The notes under the pieces are model-generated. The model was not told the DNA's origin. It saw nothing but the letters and a program-made list of their open reading frames with translations, and searched no databases. Below are positions 55,962-64,000 of a stretch of DNA of 64,000 bases, in pieces; the first letter of the stretch is position 1, and every line of letters begins with the position of its first letter. Source of the stretch: the human T2T-CHM13v2.0 reference genome, Homo sapiens; the NCBI RefSeq assembly GCF_009914755.1, contig NC_060926.1, one strand, 5' to 3'. A program made the translations under genes and the position numbers.

Positions 55962-56265
55962 GGCTGGGTGCGGTGGCTCACTCCTGTAATCCCAGCACTT
56001 TGGGAGGCTGAGGCGGGCGGATCACGAGGTCAGGAGATCGAGACCATCCTGGCTAACACGGTGAAACCCCGTCTCTACTAAAAATACAAAAATTAGCTGG
56101 GCGTGGTGGCGGGTGCCTGTAGTCCCAGCTACTCAGGAGGCTGAGGCAGGAGAATGGCATGAACCCAGGAGGCAGAGCTTGCAGTGAGTCAAGTTCTCAC
56201 CACTGCACTCCAGTCTGGGCGAAGGCAAGACTCCGTCTAAAAAAAAACCACACACACACACAAAA
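55962..56265 (+). mobile_element. AluY with a (CA)n-containing tail
   Basis: GAGATCGAGACCATCCTGGCTAACACGG, GAATGGC and GAGCTTGCAG diagnostics. TSD AAACACTTGCCAGAG/AAACACTTACCAGAG. Confidence 0.95.
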
Positions 56266-58153
56266 AAACACTTACCAGAGTACCACTGGGTGGGAGAAGT
56301 CACAGTGTGATAGAACAAAAAATAGATTAAAATTGTGAAATAAATAGAGAGAGAGAAAGGCAAAGAATAAGGAGCATGAAAATGGTGGGAACCAGATCCT
56401 ACATAGAAGGTTTACCCTGAGAACTTTGGAAAGGCAGTTAAAAGTTTTTAAGCAATAATATCAAATGATCTAACTTTTGTCTTAAAAATATGTCTGGAAA
56501 AATTAAAGAAAGATTGGAAGAGATCAAGAGAGTATAAATTAAAAGATCAGTCTTGGGGTATTTCAGTATTTCAAATGATAGATTATGATAGCAAGAACTA
56601 GAATGTGGCTGAAAGATATAATCTGTATAGCCAGGGTATGTAATGCTCAGATGCTGTAACAAATAATTCCAAAATATTTATTGGACTATTAAAATAAGGA
56701 CTTACTGCTCACTCACATCAGTGCAATTAAAGGTTAGTCGGGCAGTTTCCATATGATGATTCAAGGATGAAATGCCTTTCATTTATGGCTCCACTGACCC
56801 ATAATCTGAACTGAAAAACAGGGTGAAGAGAGAATAGAGGATAAAACAATGTGGCTGGAAGTGGCTAACATTCCATTGCCCCAAATTAATCATATAGTTA
56901 TACAGGGACTTTTAATGCATCTTTCCTTTATGTTCAGAAGGAAATGTTAAATGGTTTCTTTGTTCAATTTCACTTTGGAAAATTCTTATTTTCTGACTTT
57001 CCAGAAACAACCGAACACTTGTTGATTGAATGCATAGACATTCCTCATTAATCATTTAACTTCCTCATTTTAGCAAACTCTAGAGAACTGGAAAAACTGG
57101 TCCTGGGAAAAGTTTATAGTAAGTAGAAAAAAGCTTAGGTTTCAGTTTAATTTGATTTGGGGTCTGCTGTTCTATCTCTCTGTGACCTGGAACAAATCTT
57201 TTTGTTTGTTTCTGGGCCTCAGTTTTGAAACTTTATCAAAAGGGGGAAATAATAACTTTTCAACTTTGGGAAGAGCTAATGAAACCAAAGAAATACAGGT
57301 AGGGTACATCTTGTAAGGTGTTAGCATTCATATGGGAACCTAAAATTTCAAGAGAGCCTCTTAATTGGAATCCTAAATATACTGATGGGAAGATTGCATG
57401 CATTTCTAATAATATAAAGATACCATGATTTTTTTTTAAATTGGGAAGTCTGCTTCCTGCTCTGCTGAAGCAGCAAGAAAAGAATCCGTTGCTTAGCTTG
57501 CCTGGTGGAAAACGCAGCAAGACTGGGCCTGCTTAGCAGTGTGCATGTTCCACCAGCTGTGCGGTTTTGGGGTGCAGTAGTTAGTTGCATGATGCGTATT
57601 ACTAAGAGGATTTTTGCAATTTTACTGAAATCAGAATATACATTAATACATGTTTCCTAGAAAGTGCTTGTACATTCTTGAGTGATGGATAGACTAAGAC
57701 TCAATTTAAGTAAACAGACAAAAAAATAAGGGCTTTATTTTTAAATTTCTCCTAAGCCACATAAAATTTAGTTGGCAACTGGTCTTTATCCATTGAAAAA
57801 AAACAACAGCAGAAAATGAGCATTGGTTTAAAATAATCAGCAATAAATATATCAATAGAGATATACTATTGTGTGCTTATTATACATGTTTTATAAAATG
57901 AATAGCAACCTTTTGAATTTTCATGATTTCTCCCTACAAAAAGCAATAGATGCTCTTCCTTTTCTCCCCCATATGTCTTCTGTGAATCCACCTTTCCAAT
58001 CTACCTACACTGTTTCCATTACTTCTCTATGGCCATGTCTCTGGCCTTGCCCAGTTCTCAACTGTTCTATACAAAGGTGTTTCTAATATTACCACTCCCT
58101 TTTTCCATAGCCTTCACTTGTACTCAGTCTCCTACAGGATACTAAGTGGTATC

Positions 58154-58501
58154 TGCTGTGGTTTGAACGTTTGTGGTCCGCCAAAATTCACATATTTAAA
58201 TCCTACCCCTAAAGTGATGGTTTTAAGAGGTGGGAGCTTTGAGAGGTGAGGAGGTCATGAGGATGGAGCCTTCATGTATGGGATTAATGCCCTTATAAAA
58301 GCTCAAGGGAGCTGCCTTGCCCCTTTCACCTTGTAAGGACACAGGGAGAAGCACCATCTATAAACCAGAAAGCAGGCCTTCGAGAGACACTGAATCTGCC
58401 TTGAACTTCACAGCCTCCAGAAATGTGAAGAATAAATTTCTGTTGCTTTCAAGCCTCTCAGTCTGTGGTGTTTTGTTATAGCAGCCCAATGGACTGAGAC
58501 A
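58154..58501 (+). mobile_element. MLT1A/MSTD-like solo LTR
   Basis: TGCTGTGGTTTGAACGTTTGTG...GTTATAGCAGCCCAATGGACTGAGACA. Confidence 0.85.
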
Positions 58502-58505
58502 GCAT

Positions 58506-58739
58506 AAGAGGTTCCTCTTCTCAGTTGCAGACCCTTCTGGCTGTGTCCTCATTTAGTAGAAGAAGGACAAAAAACCTCTCTGGAGTCTGTCTCATAAGGG
58601 GCACTAATTCCATTCATGAGGGTTGCAGCCCTCATGACCTCATAATCTCCCAGAAGTCTCACCTCCAAATACTGTCACATTGGGAGTTGGGAGTTCAACA
58701 TATGAATTTTCGAGGAACACAAACATTCTGACCACAGCA
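58506..58739 (-). mobile_element. Partial MLT1A-like LTR (5' two-thirds)
   Basis: The reverse complement starts TGCTGTGGTCAGAATGTTTGTGTTCCTCGAAAATTCATATGTTGAA. Confidence 0.8.
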
Positions 58740-59677
58740 GCATCCAAAGTCTTTAAAGAATAGATCTCACAGATCTCTCTAGCCTGACTTCCTATCCTTT
58801 CCCTTTCATTCTTTATGGATCAAATATATGTAGCAATTAGTGGTTTATTTAATAAGCCAGACATGATCATGATTTTGGGCCACTATATATATCTTTCTGC
58901 CACCTGGAAATGTTTATTTATCTACTTGATTAGTAACAAACTTCTATTCTCCTTTCAAGCCTCAGCTCAAGTTTCTTAAGACCTCATGAATTTTTCCGGG
59001 CTGAAAGATAATACTAACACTACTAATAATAACAATAATAATAATATTCTAAAAGTCCCTTTTTAACTACAGTGCTCATATAAACCTTCATTAGAACAAC
59101 CACAGTATTGTATCTGATGCTATTGAACTGCTAAGCACCTAAAGAGCCAGGACCTTGTCTTTTTATCCCACAGCTCCATGCTTGGCACACAGAAGGTACT
59201 TCATGAATGTTCATAGCAGGAAGAAAGATCCCAAAGACTGAAGGATTCATCTTTGGTATATGGGCCACCCACCTGATAAGCACCTCTGGGTGGCTCCCTA
59301 GATCTGAAATTCACCTGTAACCCAGGTGTCTCTTGTCCTGCCATCTTCAGTTGCATACATTAGAGACATCAGTTTGTTTTCATGCTGTACCAACCTAAGT
59401 ATAGAACTTAGCTTCTTCAATTTTTCTTAAAAAAAAATCAACATATTAAATTTAACCAGCAATGTGGACTTTTTAGAAGATACTATAGGGGTGATAGCAG
59501 GAGAGTTATAGATTGAAAAATCTTTCCCCCCCAAAAAAAAAGCCTAAAATTTCCCTTTTCTATTTCTCTAAGCCTCTTCTACTTCTGCAGCAGAGTTATG
59601 GAGTGTCTTGCTTCTCCCAGTTGCACATGCTCCAAGGAATCCTACAGTGTCCTCTCCCCTCGATGAGACATGATCTG

Positions 59678-59787
59678 AAGGTAGTCAGTTGTCCTGATTT
59701 GCATGAGACTTAGATTTTCCAAGATGTGGAAATTTTGGTGCTAAAACCAGGAAAGTCCAAGGCAAACTGCAGTAGCTAGTCACCCAA
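59678..59787. mobile_element. MER81 (hAT-Blackjack MITE)
   Basis: GTCCTGATTTGC...GTGCTAAAACCAGGAAAGTCCAAGGCAAAC...GTCACCC. Confidence 0.75.
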
Positions 59788-60428
59788 AACAGTTCTCTGA
59801 GAGGCAGATGTTAAAACAGAAATAGGTAAGTGAGAATTTTATTAGGCGAAACACCTGTGCAAAAAATAAATAAAATAAAATAAATTGGAGGGGGACCTGG
59901 AAGAAGCTGGGAGAGTCACAGACCGTGATGCAACTCTGACCTGGAGAGAAAGAAAGAAAAAGGGGGGGTTGGATGGGAGCAGCCTGGTCTACTGAGGATT
60001 TTAGGAAAATTCTGCAAGGCTGTGGGAGGCCTCTTGCCAATGTCAGCCAAAGCAGGGCTTGTGTCTCTCATGATTCTCCAAGTCTAGAGCCCTGCCTTGG
60101 AGCATTTTTCCTGAGCTCAGTCATTGCCTGAGAGTAGTCATGGCAAGTGTGGCCTCCACATAAATGCAGGGATAGATTTACAGTTGGACCCTTGATCCAT
60201 GAAGCTCCCTAGGATTGGAGAATCCCTGGAATTCTCACTACTGCCACACTCTTCCACATGCAAAGCATTTGAATTTGTCCCAAATCTCATCCAGCACAAA
60301 GCTCCACTACTCTCCTGCCCTGCCTCTAGTTGAAAGAATCTATCATTCACAGAATTGGGTTGAGAAACACATTTTGAAATATGGACATGCTCCTTGGGGT
60401 CCAATCACCCAAGAATATTAGTGGATGA

Positions 60429-60808
<380 letters not shown>

Positions 60809-61061
60809 AGTTTCTGAAAATAAAGTCCTTAGAAATGCATAACACTAAACAGTACTGAAGGTCACTGAAGGTCTAGTGACTTGAAATTATTTATTTGTTT
60901 TGACTAGGAGATCTACACTCCTGAGAGTCTCAACTTTCTGAAGAAAGGGTTGTCTTGAAGTCAAAGTCTTGCCATTTGCAGAGGGCCCATACTCCTTATC
61001 CAGACATGATGCAGGGAGGCACCAAAGAACTTGAGCTAACCTTCAGATGGTCTCTGCAAGG

Positions 61062-61221
61062 TTTTCTTTATCTTCCTTTTTTCTTCCTTTACTTCTCCTT
61101 TTTATTCTCCTTCTCTTTCCCTTCCTTCCTCCCTCTCTTCCTCCTGCTTCTTCCTTCCATTATTCCTTCTTCCCTCTCTCCCTCATTCTTTCCTTTCTTC
61201 CTTCCTTTTTCCTTTCCTTTC
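61062..61221. repeat. CT-rich low-complexity tract
   Basis: Read directly from the sequence. Confidence 0.9.
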
Positions 61222-62044
61222 AAAACATTTATTTCATACTATAGACATCCACCTTCTTATCCTTATAACAACTAGCAACGCTACCAGGTGGTAATTGTTA
61301 TTCCCATTTCTAGGGAGAAAAACCAATTCTCAAAAAGGGAAATGTAGATAATAGTAATCCAAAATGTGTTCCCTGAGGGAAGAAAGTCTCTCCTTCACAG
61401 CTGCAAATTTAACACTGAATAGAATGGGAAATTCTGAGTTCAGAATTGCCTATAAAAAGATTTTGTAAAGAAGAAAGAAAGGAAAAAAAGGAAAGAGGCA
61501 TTGCAGGTTTTATACCACAAATTATTGCTGTTTCAACTACAATCTGCCTCCTAGTTTCTGACTTACCATTAAATGAAGCAAGACAATAATTGGAAAACTC
61601 ATGCAAAATCTTGCCTAGAGCTGTCTTAGGCCCATCCTCTGAGCTCTCTGTGTTCTAAGAGTTAAGCTCAAGGATAAGAGATAACCTCTAGGCATTATAA
61701 TAACTAGATTTTAACCCTAAACCTAAGTTCAAGAGCACACTGTCCACTGTGAAGGGAAAAAACAAAGTTGGAGGGAGAGGCTCTTTTACAATAAACTCCT
61801 CAGCAGAGATTGCCTCAGAGTTTTTCCCAGATTTCAAAATAGCCACATTAGTGATTTTACAAAAGCATATCACATGTGATCAAAGATTTAAAACTGCTTT
61901 TTCTCACTAGCACAAAGACAAGAGACCATAACTGGACAATATAAATTAGTGAAGTATATGAAAATCTGTTACCACCATGGTAAGGATTTACTTATTTTAA
62001 AAGTGAATTAATTTCCAAGTTTTTTTGTTCGTTTGTTTTCACCC

Positions 62045-62191
62045 TACAATGGTTACTTTTATGTATCAACTTGGCTGGGTTATTGTGCCCAGTTGTTTGG
62101 CCAAACACTAGTCCTGATGTTGCTGGGAAAGTATTTTTGAGATGTGGTGAACAATTAAATCAGTAGAAACTAAGTAAAGCAGATTACCGTC
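62045..62191 (+). mobile_element. MLT2 LTR 5' part, interrupted by a MaLR provirus
   Basis: TTTTATGTATCAACTTGGCTGGG...TTTGGCCAAACACTAG...AAATCAGTAGA...GTAAAGCAGATTACC. Confidence 0.85.
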
Positions 62192-63863
62192 TGCTATGGT
62201 CTGAACATGTTCTCCAAAATGCATGTGTTGTCAGCTTAATCTTTAATGCAATGGTGCTGAGACATAAGGACTAATGGAAAGTGCTTAGGTCATGAAGACT
62301 GCCCTCAGGAACAAATTAATAATGCTACAAAAAGTGCTGGTGGGAGTGGGTTCAATCTCTTTTGCTTTTCTGCCATGTGAGAACAGAATCTGTCCCTTTC
62401 TTGCCTTTCGACCTTCTGCCTTGTGAGGATGCAACAAGAAAGTCATCATCAGATGTTGGTGACTTGATCTTGGACTTTACAACTTTCAGGACTGTAAGAA
62501 ATAAATTCATGTTCTTTATAAATTACCAAGTCTGTGGTATTTTATTAAAGCAGCATAAAACAGACCAGGACAGAAATTGGTACCATGAGTGGGATGTTAC
62601 TATAACAAATACCTAAAAATGTGAAAGCAGCTTTGAAACTAGGCAATGAGTAAAGACTGAAGCAGTTTGGTAGTGAAGACTGGAAAAAAGCCTCAATTTC
62701 TGTGAACAAAGTGTTTGTAGAAATATGGACAGTGAAGGCCATTCTGATGAGGTCTTAGACAGAGATGAGTAGTGAGGCGTTGGAAAATAGAGGTAATGTC
62801 ATCCTTGTTACAAAGTAGCAAAGAACTTTGATGAATTGTGGTCATATCCTAGGACTCTACCGAAGCCAGAACTTAAGAGTGATGAACTGGGATATTTTGC
62901 AGAAGAAATCTCTAAACAGCAAAGCATTCAGTGTGCTGCTGTGGGGCCTCTCTTAACTATTTACAGTAAAATGTGAAAAGACAGAAACAATTTAAAAGCA
63001 TATTTTTTATTGAAAATGGAAGCAGAATGTTAAGATTTGGAAAATTCTCAGCTTGACTATTGAAAGAAATTTTAAAAAGCTTATTTAGGAGAGCAAACCA
63101 AAGATGTTGTCAAGAGACCATTTGATGAGGATATGAGTATCAACAGAAGAAAGCCAGAGTCTATTCATCAAGGCAATGGAAGAATGACTCTGAAGGCATT
63201 TCAGAGATTTTGAAGGCTGCCCCTATAATCACAGGCCCAGAGCGCTAAGGTTTTGAAGGCAGAGCAATTTAAAAGAAGGAGCCCAGGATGCCTGTGGTCA
63301 CCTTGGGTCTTTACTCCCTGCATTCTGGTACAGCACTCCTCTACCCCAGCTCTGGCTCAAGCAGGCCAAATTTTGGCTCAGGCCACCACTTCAAAAGGCA
63401 CTAGCAGTGAGCATTGATAGCATCCACGTGGTGCTAATTCTGCAAAGTGCAAGAGCTGTAGAGGCATGCCTGCTTTCACACAGAATTTAAATAAGGCGCA
63501 GAGAGCCCTTCTAGGACAATGTAAGGTAGAACTGTGGGGTCAGGGCTGCTATAGAGCATTCCCACTAAGACAATGCATAGTGGAACCCTGGGAGAGGTGG
63601 TGCCCCGAAGATTCCAGAATTATAGAGACACCAGCATTCAGGACGAGCCTAGGAAAGCCACAGGAGTATGATTTCAGTGAGTGAGAGCTGAAGTGTGTGC
63701 TTTCCCCAGCAAAGCTGTGGCGGAGTGACTACCCAAGGCTTTGGAGGCCCAATCCACACCCCATTTGTCTGGAAAGCAAGACATGGAGTTCAAAGAAAAT
63801 TATTCTTCAGTCTTGAGATTCAATGTTGTCTGTCCTGCTAGGTTTGAGACTTGCTTAGGACCT
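62192..63863 (+). mobile_element. MaLR provirus: MST/MLT1A-like 5' LTR (62192-62572) plus internal region
   Basis: LTR TGCTATGGTCTGAA...GGACA, followed by GAAATTGGTACC...AAATGTGAAAGCAGCTTTGAAACT and the internal motif GCAGAAGAAATCTCTAAACAGCAAAGCATTCA. Confidence 0.85.
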
Positions 63864-64000
63864 TGTATTAGTTCATTTTTACACTGCTATAAAGAACTAT
63901 CTGAGACTGGGTAATTCATAAAGAAAACAGGTTTAATTGGCTCCCAGTTCTGCATGGCTGGGAGGCCTCAGGAAACTTACAATCATGGCAGAAGGTGAAG
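63864..64000 (-). mobile_element. MSTA-like LTR nested in the MaLR internal region (runs off the window)
   Basis: TGTATTAGTTCATTTTTACACTGCTATAAAGAACT...GGCCTCAGGAAACTTACAATCATGGCAGAAGG. Confidence 0.88.

Overview
Primate, almost certainly human, intergenic DNA dominated by transposons: Alu, L1, L2/MIR, MaLR/ERVL/ERV1 LTRs, and Tigger/Charlie/Blackjack DNA transposons. I see no intact protein-coding gene, structural RNA gene or CRISPR array. The one gene-derived feature is a 5'-truncated processed pseudogene of PIK3CD (PI3K p110delta kinase domain, full 3' UTR and A-tail) on the minus strand at ~5546-8422. It is unusual in four ways: it has kept CpG-island-like density, it has produced a nearly homogeneous 6 x 25-bp minisatellite from its own coding sequence, it has no target-site duplication, and both flanking elements are truncated with a 25-bp inverted local copy at the 5' junction. 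The most striking unexplained structure is a ~230-bp mosaic inside an L1PB 5' UTR (3151-3383), built from three pieces copied from within ~2 kb (two direct, one inverted), which looks like a fossil of multi-template-switch DNA repair. A second, smaller templated patch lies in an MLT2 LTR (30686-30794). Several repeat-free, CpG-retaining, motif-rich blocks (35.0-38.1 kb and 47.2-47.8 kb) are candidate enhancers. I find no evidence for a new gene system. Repeat subfamily calls and PIK3CD comparisons come from recalled consensus sequences, not a database search, and most repeat boundaries are approximate.
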